Assembly (NCBI GenBank): GCA_030654225.1
Contig: JAURXY010000015.1
Span: forward strand, 397 to 64,396
Length of the DNA stretch: 64,000 bases
Reading direction: 5' to 3'
DNA from: a bacterium
GTDB lineage: Bacteria; Patescibacteriota; Minisyncoccia; Moranbacterales; UBA2206
How positions within the stretch are numbered: position 1 is the stretch's first letter; every line of letters begins with the position of its first letter. Below are positions 55,693-64,000 of this stretch, piece by piece. Position numbers and translations under genes: made by a program. The notes below the pieces were generated by a model. It worked only from the letters and a program-made list of their open reading frames with translations. It was not told the origin of the DNA and ran no database searches.

Positions 55693-57330
55693 ATGAATAG
55701 ACTTAAAAAAATAGAAAATTGCCTCGTCAGTTTATTTGAAAAAAGAGCTAGTCTTTTGTCTTGGACAATGGCTTTTTTGGGTATTATTTTTATCAGAGGC
55801 TTTATCGAGCAGTTTATCGCTTTTTCCAAGCCTCTTTCTCCATATGAGTCAGTTTTGGAATATGTGCATAATTTTTATTTTTTTTCACTGGCAATTCTCT
55901 TGATTTGGCTTTTTCTAAGTGTTATTTTGAAAATTAATCCAAAAAAACTATCAGGAGTGCTTATTTTTGCTTCAATATTCGCTCTTTTCCCGCCGATTAT
56001 CGATATGATCAGAACTGGCGGAGAAGTTTATTGGAGCTTTTATCTTTTTAGCGCTCCGCGAGATTTATTTTGGCAATATATCACTATTTTTGGTCATTTA
56101 CCTAGTGCTATTGTCTATTTTGGCACTAAAATCGTCTTCGTTCTTGTTATTTTGCTAACGACTGCAGTTGTTTGGATAAAAAGTCGCAATATAGTAAGAA
56201 CAATCTTTTCATCGATAGCAGTTTATTCAATTCTGTTCTTTTTAGGAGCTTTTCCTTCCTTGTTTTTCTATGCTTTTTCTTTTGTAACGCGCCAAAATGA
56301 AATAATGCAGATTCAGCCCTATCAAATTGCTCAATTTTTTGGAGGAATAAGCCAAACAATGGGAATTGATTTTTCAGCTCTCCATTATGCGCTAGCTTTG
56401 GCTTATCGAATTGATTTTATTTATTTTTTCTTGTTAATTTTTTCACTTTCTATCTTGTTTTGGCTTATTGATCGCCAAAAATTTGTGGCTGTTTGGAAAA
56501 ATGCCCGTTTTCCTCAATTACTCTATCACAGCGGACTTTTTTTTATTGGAATAGCTATTGGATCGTTGAATTATAGAAATAATTTGCATCTGGATTTTTT
56601 TTCTATTCTTTCAGTTGGCGTGCTTCTTGTGAGTATTTGGCTGGCTTGGCTAGCATCAGTGGTGGTCAATGATCTCAATGATTTTGCGATAGATTCTGTT
56701 TCTAACCCGGAGCGGCCATTGCAAAAAAGAATTTTTATGCGAGAGGAATATGCTCATTTAGGCTGGGCTTTCTTCACTCTTTCGATCATTGGTACTCTTT
56801 CAATCGGCTTTTCTTTCACTGCACTGATTATCGTCTATCAGATAATTGCTTGGGTATATTCAGCCGAACCATTTCGTCTTAAAAAATTTCCTATAGTTGG
56901 GACATTTATAAGTTCTTTGGCGCTTCTGGTAATTTTATTTTTAGGTTATATTTTGATGTCTGATGGGCAAACTATTCATGCTCTGTCTAGCCGAATTATT
57001 TTCCTTATGCTTATTTCTGGCACAATTTGTCTCCCAATTAAGGATTTTAAGGATATTGCTGGAGATAAATATGATAATATTTGGACATTGCCAGTTATTT
57101 TTGGAGAAAAAAAAGCCCGCCTAATGGTGGCTGTGGGATTATTTGTTTCTTTTATGTTAAGCGTTTTTCTTTTGAATGAACTTGGTCTTTTCTATTGGGC
57201 AATCATTTTTGGTACGCTAGCTTTTTTGATAGTGGTCTCAGAAAAAATAAAACCGCGCCAAATATTCTGGCCGGTTTTGGGAATCCTCTTTATTTATGGG
57301 TTAGTGATGATAAAGATTTTATTCTTTTAG
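55693..57330 (+). CDS. UbiA-family prenyltransferase with a long N-terminal polytopic extension.
   Basis: First Asp-rich motif NDLNDFAID...ERPL and second DFKDIAGDKYD in the C-terminal half. Confidence 0.6.
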   Translation: MNRLKKIENCLVSLFEKRASLLSWTMAFLGIIFIRGFIEQFIAFSKPLSPYESVLEYVHNFYFFSLAILLIWLFLSVILKINPKKLSGVLIFASIFALFPPIIDMIRTGGEVYWSFYLFSAPRDLFWQYITIFGHLPSAIVYFGTKIVFVLVILLTTAVVWIKSRNIVRTIFSSIAVYSILFFLGAFPSLFFYAFSFVTRQNEIMQIQPYQIAQFFGGISQTMGIDFSALHYALALAYRIDFIYFFLLIFSLSILFWLIDRQKFVAVWKNARFPQLLYHSGLFFIGIAIGSLNYRNNLHLDFFSILSVGVLLVSIWLAWLASVVVNDLNDFAIDSVSNPERPLQKRIFMREEYAHLGWAFFTLSIIGTLSIGFSFTALIIVYQIIAWVYSAEPFRLKKFPIVGTFISSLALLVILFLGYILMSDGQTIHALSSRIIFLMLISGTICLPIKDFKDIAGDKYDNIWTLPVIFGEKKARLMVAVGLFVSFMLSVFLLNELGLFYWAIIFGTLAFLIVVSEKIKPRQIFWPVLGILFIYGLVMIKILFF

Positions 57331-57415
57331 TATCGATGCGAACAATGCGAATTTTATGCGAATGCCACGAATTTATTTGCATCATTCGCATGTCATTCGT
57401 AGATTAGCATCGCTA
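57330..57415. repeat. ATGCGAA / TTCGCAT repeat array in inverted arrangement between convergent genes.
   Basis: gATGCGAAcaATGCGAAttttATGCGAATgccacgaat ... cATTCGCATgtCATTCGTAGattagcatcgc read directly. Confidence 0.6.
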
Positions 57416-58217
57416 TCTTTTTCCAATCTTCCACACTCAATTCTTGTGCTCTTTGATTTGGGGTTATGCCAATTTTTTTCAGTTTTTCTTCCACTTCTTT
57501 TTTATCTAATTTGAGACTAGCGGATAAATTATTGACCAGTGTTTTTCTTTTGGCCGAAAATCCCGCCTTCACAATTCTGAAAAAATGTTTCACCTCTTCT
57601 TTGTTGTTTATTATTTGTTGATTGTTAATCTTTGATATTTTAATCACAGCACTATCCACTTCCGGCACTGGAAAAAAACTTTTTTTGTTGACATAAAATA
57701 ATAATTCCGGCTTAGCATAATATTGAACACTCACAGCCAGAATGCTCATCTGTCCCACTCGCGCGCAAATACGCTCTGCTACTTCTTTTTGCACCATCAA
57801 AATCATTTCAGTTGGTGGAAACTTAGTTTCTAGAAAAAGTTGAATGATGGGCGAAGTAATGTAATATGGAATATTAGCAACAACTTTGTAGTTAATTTTT
57901 TCTTCTGTAGAGACGAGGCAGTGCCTCGTCTCTACCTTAAGTATTTCTGGTAAATTGATATTTAAAATATCAGCATTTATTATTTCTATTTTTTTACTAT
58001 CTTTGTATTGTTTTTTTAATTTGTTAGCTAGCGCACTATCAAGCTCAATAGCCAAAACTTTGCCAGCATGCTTAAATAATTTTTCCGTGAGCACGCCTTC
58101 TCCTGGTCCAATCTCAATCACAAGATCGTCCGATTTTAAGTTGGCGGATTGAATAATTTTTTCTAAAACATCTGTATCTCTTAGAAAATTTTGTCCTAAC
58201 GATTTTTTTGGTTTCAT
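57393..58217 (-). CDS. rsmA: 16S rRNA (adenine1518/1519-N6)-dimethyltransferase.
   Basis: LGQNFL...VIEIGPGEG... is the KsgA/RsmA signature. Confidence 0.9.
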   Translation of the reverse strand: MKPKKSLGQNFLRDTDVLEKIIQSANLKSDDLVIEIGPGEGVLTEKLFKHAGKVLAIELDSALANKLKKQYKDSKKIEIINADILNINLPEILKVETRHCLVSTEEKINYKVVANIPYYITSPIIQLFLETKFPPTEMILMVQKEVAERICARVGQMSILAVSVQYYAKPELLFYVNKKSFFPVPEVDSAVIKISKINNQQIINNKEEVKHFFRIVKAGFSAKRKTLVNNLSASLKLDKKEVEEKLKKIGITPNQRAQELSVEDWKKIAMLIYE

Positions 58218-58274
58218 ATGTTTTTCCTAAAGCTCGGCTTTTAAAATTCCTAAAGCCGAGCTTTAGGAAAAAAG

Positions 58275-59222
58275 CTAATTTAGCACTTCCTCCACCTTCA
58301 CCCCAATTACTCCAGCGCCAAGACTTGCAATCTTAGCGAAAGCCACCTTGTCTAGATCTATTATACGCCCTTTTCCTTGTGGTCCATAATCATTGATTTG
58401 CACTACGATGGATTTGCCGTTGGCGGTGTTGGTTACCTTGGCATAGTTTCCCCGTGGAATCGTTGTGCTAGCGGCAAACATTCCACCTTTCCAAGCATAC
58501 CATGTTCCTTGTCCCTTGGCAGCTCCACCCAGTTTCATATAGGTTCCTTGGACTTCTATTTGAGTGACCGGTTCAGCTAATATTTTTTGAGAAAGTTTTA
58601 TCCGAGAAATTTCTTTGCCATTTTTATAGGTTATTTTGTAAACTATTTCTTTGACTCCTTTGACTCCAGCCGTTTCAATTTTTTTCTCCCGCCAACCAAG
58701 TTTGGAAGCAGTTTTTTGAGTTGTCTTGAAATCGATTTCTTCTTTTTCTGTTTTTTCTTCGATATTAATTCTTGTCACAATAATTTCCGAATTGTTTTCT
58801 ACTGGAAAATTTAGTCGTGGTTCAGTTTTGTCTAGGCGCGTGAGCGTAATGTTGTTTTCTTCCAATGCTTCGCCAATATTTTTCCCCAGCGCATAAGTTT
58901 CAATTGTTTTTCCATCGACCTCAATTTTTATCTTAGCTGCTCGTTGAATTTTAATTTTTGAACCGGAAAAAATCTTCGCATTAATTTCCGGAATAATCTG
59001 ATCATGTTCAGTTATTTTTATATTTTTATCTTTAAGAAAATCGGAAATTGAATTGGCGGAAGTTGAACTTTTAAAAACCAGCCCATTGTCATTCGTAGTA
59101 ATTATTTTTTTATAATTCTCAAAATTTAATTCTCGACTAGGGGTTTTAAGGAAAAAATAAAAAATACAGTAAAAAAATAAAAGTACGATAAGTATCAGCA
59201 AAATTCTTTTTTTAGGGGTCAT
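58275..59222 (-). CDS. G5 domain plus RlpA-like double-psi beta-barrel (3D) domain protein (YabE-like).
   Basis: G5 pattern (VTRINIEEKTEKEEI...) and the C-terminal QGTWYAWKGG...GRIIDL pattern. Confidence 0.7.
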   Translation of the reverse strand: MTPKKRILLILIVLLFFYCIFYFFLKTPSRELNFENYKKIITTNDNGLVFKSSTSANSISDFLKDKNIKITEHDQIIPEINAKIFSGSKIKIQRAAKIKIEVDGKTIETYALGKNIGEALEENNITLTRLDKTEPRLNFPVENNSEIIVTRINIEEKTEKEEIDFKTTQKTASKLGWREKKIETAGVKGVKEIVYKITYKNGKEISRIKLSQKILAEPVTQIEVQGTYMKLGGAAKGQGTWYAWKGGMFAASTTIPRGNYAKVTNTANGKSIVVQINDYGPQGKGRIIDLDKVAFAKIASLGAGVIGVKVEEVLN

Positions 59223-59239
59223 TTTTTATCAATTATTTT

Positions 59240-60769
59240 TTATTCCGCCTTAAATCGATATTGCAAAGCTTCGGCGATGTGGGCGGGGGAAATTTTTTCG
59301 GCAAGTCCGAGATCGGCGATAGTGCGGGCGACTTTGATGATGCGATAGTAGGCGCGGGCGCTCAGGTGAAAATTGGAAACAGCTGATTTCATAAGTTCCA
59401 ATGATTCAGGCGTAAGCCGGCAGAAATTTTTGATTTGTTCACTGCCCATTTCACTATTGGAAATAGTTGTTGAATTTTGAAATCTTTCTTTTTGAATAGC
59501 GCGAGCTTTTTCGACGCGAACTCGAATGTCGCAAGATTTTTCTCCAAGGACGGCATCTTCGGAAAGTTTTTCAAATTTAATGCGCGGGACTTCGACGTGG
59601 AGATCGATTCTGTCCATAATCGGTCCGGAAATTTTTCGTTGATATTTTATGATCGAAGCTGGATTGCAGACACAAGTTTTTTCTGGATCGGTGGCGTTGC
59701 CACAGGGGCAAGGATTCATAGCGGCGACCAAAGTAAACCTCGCTGGAAATTCCATTGTGCCTTGGGCGCGAGAAATTGTTATTATCCCATCTTCCAATGG
59801 TTGTCTCAAATTTTCCAAAACAGCGCGAGAAAATTCAGGAAATTCATCAAGAAAAAGAATTCCGCGATGAGAAAGGCTAATTTCTCCTGGGCGTGGAAAA
59901 GTTCCTCCGCCAACCAAAGAAACCGAAGAAGCACTGTGATGAGGCGAGCGAAATTGTCGTTTAGTGATGAGCGCGCTGGAACGCTTGAGCTGTCCCGCAA
60001 TGGAAAATATCTTTGTCACTTCCAAGGCTTCGGGAATAGTGAGTTTGGGCAAAATTGAAGGCATTGTTTTGGCCAAGAGTGTTTTGCCACTCCCAGGAGG
60101 GCCATTCAAAATCACATTGTGTCCTCCGGCAGCTGCAATTTCCAGCGCGCGCTTAGCATGTTCTTGTCCACGAACATGTGACATATCCACGAGATAATCA
60201 TCATAAGAAAAAAGTTCTTCCAAGTTTATTTTTTCAGCCGGAATAATTTTTTGTTCTCCGGAAAGATGATCGATAAGTTCGATGAGAGTGGACACGGGAA
60301 AAATTTCCACACCTTCTATGACAGATGCCTCAACGGCGTTGTCTTTGGGGATATATAGTTCTTTGATGTTTTTTTCTTTGGCCAAAAGCGCCATTGGAAG
60401 CACTCCTTTGACCCCGCGTACTTTTCCATCCAGCGACAATTCGCCTAAAAATATTTTGTCTTTGAAATCAAATGTCAATTGATCCGTGGCCAAAAGAAAA
60501 CCCAGCGCAATTGGCAAATCATAAATAGGACCTTCTTTTTTGAGATCCGCAGGAGCTAAATTGACCGTCACTCGTCCGGCGCGATGAGGTGGCAAGAATC
60601 CGGAATTTCGAATAGCTGCGCTTACGCGATCGCGAGATTCTTTGATGGCCGTGTCGGGCAGTCCAACGATATTAAATTGATGAAGGCCGGCAGAAACTGT
60701 GTCAGCTTCCACTTCTACAATTTCACTTTTGAGACCAACTGTCGCAGCCGAAAAAACTTTACTAGACAT
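59240..60769 (-). CDS. comM: YifB/ComM-family Mg-chelatase-like AAA+ protein.
   Basis: N-terminal Lon-like domain, Walker A ILNGPPGSGKT, C-terminal Mg-chelatase ChlI-like region. Confidence 0.9.
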   Translation of the reverse strand: MSSKVFSAATVGLKSEIVEVEADTVSAGLHQFNIVGLPDTAIKESRDRVSAAIRNSGFLPPHRAGRVTVNLAPADLKKEGPIYDLPIALGFLLATDQLTFDFKDKIFLGELSLDGKVRGVKGVLPMALLAKEKNIKELYIPKDNAVEASVIEGVEIFPVSTLIELIDHLSGEQKIIPAEKINLEELFSYDDYLVDMSHVRGQEHAKRALEIAAAGGHNVILNGPPGSGKTLLAKTMPSILPKLTIPEALEVTKIFSIAGQLKRSSALITKRQFRSPHHSASSVSLVGGGTFPRPGEISLSHRGILFLDEFPEFSRAVLENLRQPLEDGIITISRAQGTMEFPARFTLVAAMNPCPCGNATDPEKTCVCNPASIIKYQRKISGPIMDRIDLHVEVPRIKFEKLSEDAVLGEKSCDIRVRVEKARAIQKERFQNSTTISNSEMGSEQIKNFCRLTPESLELMKSAVSNFHLSARAYYRIIKVARTIADLGLAEKISPAHIAEALQYRFKAE

Positions 60770-60831
60770 AAATCAGTGATCAATAATCAATGATCAGCGA
60801 ACAATAAAAACGAAATAATTATATTTATTGA

Positions 60832-61314
60832 TCATTGATCTTTGGTCATTGTTACTATTAATATTGTTATCACTCCTATTGTAATATAAATATCCGCCAA
60901 ATTAAATACCGGCCAGAATTTTAGATCTATAAAATCAATGACACAACCAATACAAAGCCTGTCGATAATGTTTGATATTCCCCCAGATAAAATTAAAATA
61001 GTTGCTATTAAGTTAATCTTGTTTAAATTTCTAATTTCTAACCTGCCTCGCCGGCAGGCGGGTTTCCAATTTCTAATCAAATTTCCAATTTTAAATTTAA
61101 AATTATAGATAAATAAAAATAAAGTAATTAATAATATAGCCGAAATAATTATATACGGACTTAATCCGAATGCCAAATCTTTATTACAAATATAAAATCC
61201 GCCTTTGGTGCGGATGATATATTTTGAAATCTGATCAAGAAAAATCAGGAAAGAAAAAATAAAAAAATATATTGTTTTTTTATATTTATACATTCTTAGT
61301 GATATTATTCGCAT
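60832..61314 (-). CDS. lspA: Lipoprotein signal peptidase II.
   Basis: NKDLAFGL, GGISNIIDR, FNLADIYI conserved blocks. Confidence 0.85.
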   Translation of the reverse strand: MRIISLRMYKYKKTIYFFIFSFLIFLDQISKYIIRTKGGFYICNKDLAFGLSPYIIISAILLITLFLFIYNFKFKIGNLIRNWKPACRRGRLEIRNLNKINLIATILILSGGISNIIDRLCIGCVIDFIDLKFWPVFNLADIYITIGVITILIVTMTKDQ

Positions 61315-61343
61315 GGGCGCATTCGTAGCGCGCTATTCGCATG

Positions 61344-61697
61344 CTAACAGTCAAGACAAACTCGTGCACTTGGATTAACTCGAAGTCTTTCCAGCGGAAT
61401 ATCCTTGGCACAATTTTCGCATTTTCCATAAGTACCTTTTTCTTGTTTTTCCAAAGCTTCAAGCACATCTTGTAATTGTTTTTCTAGAGAAGTTTCCACT
61501 GATAAATTTTGAGAATATTGATCAACTTCTGTTGCATTGTCATCTTTGTCAGTTCCAAGCTCCTCAAAAGAAGTTTCATAATCGCCCTCTTTTTTGTTGA
61601 TCGGTTTTGCAATGCGCCCTAAATTTTTTTCTAATTCTTCTTTTTCTCGAAGAAGCATCACTCTCAGTTCACCTAATGTTTTTTGGTCGATGGCCAT
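61344..61697 (-). CDS. DksA/TraR-family C4-type zinc-finger protein.
   Basis: A coiled-coil followed by CENCAKDIP...ARVCLDC. Confidence 0.8.
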   Translation of the reverse strand: MAIDQKTLGELRVMLLREKEELEKNLGRIAKPINKKEGDYETSFEELGTDKDDNATEVDQYSQNLSVETSLEKQLQDVLEALEKQEKGTYGKCENCAKDIPLERLRVNPSARVCLDC

Positions 61698-61764
61698 AAA
61701 TTTATCTTAATCTAATTATTACTTATCTCAATACAATTTTAGCAGAGAAAAAGTTTGGTGTCTA

Positions 61765-62148
61765 TCAGAGGCTAGGAATATGTTTTATCTTAGATTCTCC
61801 TGTTTCATTACTAATCCAAACAGAAATAGCGTCAAAGCGATAGGGTGCATTATTTAGATTCTTAATTCGCAGGTAAACACTAGCAATTTTGTTGAGTTTT
61901 CGCAGTTTGGCGCTTGTGATATTCTCCTCCGGCAGGGTATCTTTATATTTTTCGTAGTCCCTGGTCTTTACTTCCACAAAAACAATTTCACTATTTCTCA
62001 ATTCTTTGGCGATAATATCAATTTCTCCCAATCTTCGGCCAAGATTATTTTGAAAATTACGGTCTAGGATTTTGTAGCCATTATCTCGTAGGAATTTTAC
62101 CGCCGCCTCTTCACCGAGAAAGCCTAGGTTTTGTTTGGGTGCTAACAT
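61765..62148 (-). CDS. yraN: YraN-family (UPF0102) endonuclease.
   Basis: GEEAAVKFL...GEIDIIA...VFVEVKTR pattern. Confidence 0.85.
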   Translation of the reverse strand: MLAPKQNLGFLGEEAAVKFLRDNGYKILDRNFQNNLGRRLGEIDIIAKELRNSEIVFVEVKTRDYEKYKDTLPEENITSAKLRKLNKIASVYLRIKNLNNAPYRFDAISVWISNETGESKIKHIPSL

Positions 62149-62329
62149 AAATTCTTTCTTTACTAATTACCCGCCTCGCGTCGACGAGCAATCGTCTTGC
62201 GAGTCGAGGCGGGCTAATCAAATACTAATATACTAATTTTGTTTATATTAGTATATTCGTACAAAATTCGTAATTCGTAAAGAGGTAACAAAAAACACCC
62301 CAATCTTAGGTGCTTCAAAATCAAAATAA

Positions 62330-62480
62330 TAAAATTCTCTAGCTTCACCCGCCCGATTACGCATAAGGCCTGCCCGTAATGCTACGCACAAGCGTTGCAG
62401 GCGGGTATGGTAACCAGGCGCTTCAAACGCCCGAAATAAAAATTATAGGCTGGAAGCGCCCGGTGTTTGTCATGTATTAA
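62330..62480. ncRNA. GC-rich, strongly base-paired non-coding segment. Candidate structured RNA, unassigned.
   Basis: Nested complementary runs (CCCGCCCG...CAGGCGGG; GGCGCTTC...GAAGCGCC; GCCTGCCCGTAATGC). The only ORF here is a short low-complexity one that I reject. Confidence 0.25.
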
Positions 62481-62764
62481 CATATAATACGGAAATTTTT
62501 TAGCCCGGGTGAGAGGCATCGAAATTATAATATATATGTATTTTATATACATGCCACTGTTTTTAAGCATTTCCTGACTTTTTTTAATGCTTCTTCTTCT
62601 ACCGTCCTCTGGCACAAGGCCTTTGGTTTTTATAAAGAACTTATTTTTTATTTTTTGTTTTTATTTTAATAAAAAATGTTTTTGTTTTTGTTTTGGGTCT
62701 CCAAGGTCAGAAATCTTGGAGCGATCTCGACGCGTTGGTCGGGATACTTGGACAGCAGAATAGT

Positions 62765-62822
62765 TTTCAATCGTAAATAGGGGGAAATTACGATTGAAAA
62801 CTATTCTGCCATACCGCTGCGC
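62765..62822. repeat. Perfect 22-bp-stem hairpin (CAGCAGAATAGTTTTCAATCGTAA - ATAGGGGGAAA - TTACGATTGAAAACTATTCTGC) preceded by a 7-bp hairpin CTCCAAG...CTTGGAG.
   Basis: Read directly. Confidence 0.5.
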
Positions 62823-63019
62823 AAGTTTTTAATGTTCAATATAACTATTATATCAAAAAAATTAGTAAAAGTCAATTATTCGCATGAATAATAGCTAAAA
62901 AAACCTTTATATGCGCTGTTAAGTGATATTTTTTGAATACTTTTTATTTTTTATTCTTAAAAAATAAAAAATATCTATTTTTTAAATAAAAATTCTTTGT
63001 TTTTTGAGTTATCCACAGG

Positions 63020-63991
63020 TTATTCAGACAATCGATCTAAACTTGAAAATAGGGTGGTTTTGGTGGTTCCAATGACTAATTTATTCCCAATAGTCGCATA
63101 ATCTATGGCATAATCATCAGCTGAAGTGATATTCGCATAGCGGACAGCATGATTTTTGTATGTAGTAGAAGAAAAAGTGCTTATAGCAGGCGCAGTTATA
63201 GTAGGATAAAGTGGGGATAAGCTAACTGGAAGATTTTTTTCTTCTTTTGCGAGGGCGGTTTTCATGAGATTGTCGTTTAGTGTCGTCAAAAGTAGTCCAA
63301 ATCTGGTTTTATCGCCATAATTGTAAATATAAAGACTAAAATCTTGGCCGATTTGAGCGGATATTGCGGATGTCAGCTTTAAGCCTAGGGTTTCAGCAAA
63401 GTCTTGAAAAGTGACAGGGGTATTAGTTTCATCAGTTATTAGGAATTCAAAAACCCCTATTTCATTCGTCGCTAAAACTTTGGTAGCATAATTACCTAGT
63501 GTTTGTTTAAGGTTTTCAGTAGTCGCTTGTGTCAGATCGATTTGTAGATAATTGGAGTTTTGGGAGGATAATACTGAGGTTGTTTCCGTTTTCTCTTCTG
63601 GTAAAATTGTTTCCGGCTCAGCTGTGATAATATTTTGTTCTGATGGAGTAGACAAACGAGTCATCCAAAAATAATATCCACCAGCGCTAGCAATTATAAT
63701 GACAAAAATTAAAAATGAAAATGATGCAATTTTGTGCAAATTAATATCTTCCGGAGAGTATTCTTTTTTTGGAGTGGAGTTAATTTTCTTATCAAAAGAA
63801 TCATTTGGTAAGATATTTTTATTTTGGGGTTCTTTTGAAATTAGATGTGGGGCTGTGTTTACGTTGAACATTTGATCTGGATAATTTTTTCTTTCGAGTG
63901 CTTCCGGAAATGCTTTGTTGTTTTTTGTGGCTACAGGCGCAACCTCGCTGTCTGTTTTTAGGAAGGAGAAAAAGCTGTTAGAATTTTTCAT
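63020..63991 (-). CDS. Membrane-anchored hypothetical protein (single TM, Thr/Ser-rich).
   Basis: 323-aa ORF; one TM helix near residue 95. Confidence 0.5.
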   Translation of the reverse strand: MKNSNSFFSFLKTDSEVAPVATKNNKAFPEALERKNYPDQMFNVNTAPHLISKEPQNKNILPNDSFDKKINSTPKKEYSPEDINLHKIASFSFLIFVIIIASAGGYYFWMTRLSTPSEQNIITAEPETILPEEKTETTSVLSSQNSNYLQIDLTQATTENLKQTLGNYATKVLATNEIGVFEFLITDETNTPVTFQDFAETLGLKLTSAISAQIGQDFSLYIYNYGDKTRFGLLLTTLNDNLMKTALAKEEKNLPVSLSPLYPTITAPAISTFSSTTYKNHAVRYANITSADDYAIDYATIGNKLVIGTTKTTLFSSLDRLSE

Positions 63992-64000
63992 GGATTGTTT

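Noticed and set aside
59477-60197. Plus-strand ORFs of 193, 73 and 77 aa
   Set aside because: They are antisense to the well-supported comM/yifB gene.
62382-62615. 77-aa minus-strand ORF
   Set aside because: It sits inside the GC-rich palindromic non-coding segment and its sequence is a by-product of the repeats. There is no ribosome-binding context.
62150-63000. tRNA genes in the long intergenic regions
   Set aside because: I found no cloverleaf-compatible sequence (no GTTCGAATC-type T-arm or D-loop motifs) by inspection in any gap of 150 bp or more, so none is reported.

Overview
This is a low-GC, gene-dense window that looks like a Candidate Phyla Radiation (Patescibacteria) chromosome; that assignment is an inference from the gene content. 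The core of the window is the replication origin: dnaA and dnaN on the minus strand, with DnaA-box clusters on both sides of dnaA, divergent from rpmH-rnpA-yidC-jag. Housekeeping genes elsewhere include ruvB, ruvC, yebC, a class A PBP, trxB, ksgA, comM/yifB, lspA, dksA/traR and yraN. Three accessory blocks stand out. (1) At 16.2-20.9 kb there is a co-oriented amidoligase cluster: a standalone 7TM protein, an ATP-grasp fused to a retropepsin-like (DUF785/RimB-like) domain, two more ATP-grasp/RimK-like ligases and a YdjC-family deacetylase. The first two genes sit behind near-identical promoter elements built from a TTCGTAGATTCGCAT repeat. (2) At 40.1-55.6 kb there is a minus-strand island resembling a type IV secretion or pilus system. 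It encodes a VirB4 ATPase that appears to be split into two ORFs, a VirB3-like protein, two VirB2/TrbC-like pilins (one fused to a VirB1-like lytic transglycosylase), a VirB6-like polytopic protein and large secreted proteins. Two small selfish-type genes (four-helix-bundle and GxxExxY) are interleaved in it. (3) At 11.4-15.5 kb there is a mobile/defence patch: a DUF4143 AAA ATPase gene flanked by 39-bp direct repeats copied from the yebC 3' end, an AbiEi/AbiEii pair, and several small ORFs. I also see an IS1-like insertion sequence with 25-bp terminal inverted repeats and an A8 frameshift site, lying next to a GC-rich structured segment. Several short repeat families recur: ATGCGAAT arrays at about 10-bp spacing in many intergenic regions, TGTCATTCC...GGAATGACA MITE-like palindromes, CAATGAACAATGAACAA repeats, and paired ~140-bp inverted-repeat-bounded elements flanking nspC. 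A GC-rich structured non-coding stretch at about 62.2-62.8 kb contains a 22-bp perfect hairpin. I found no CRISPR array, rRNA or convincing tRNA.
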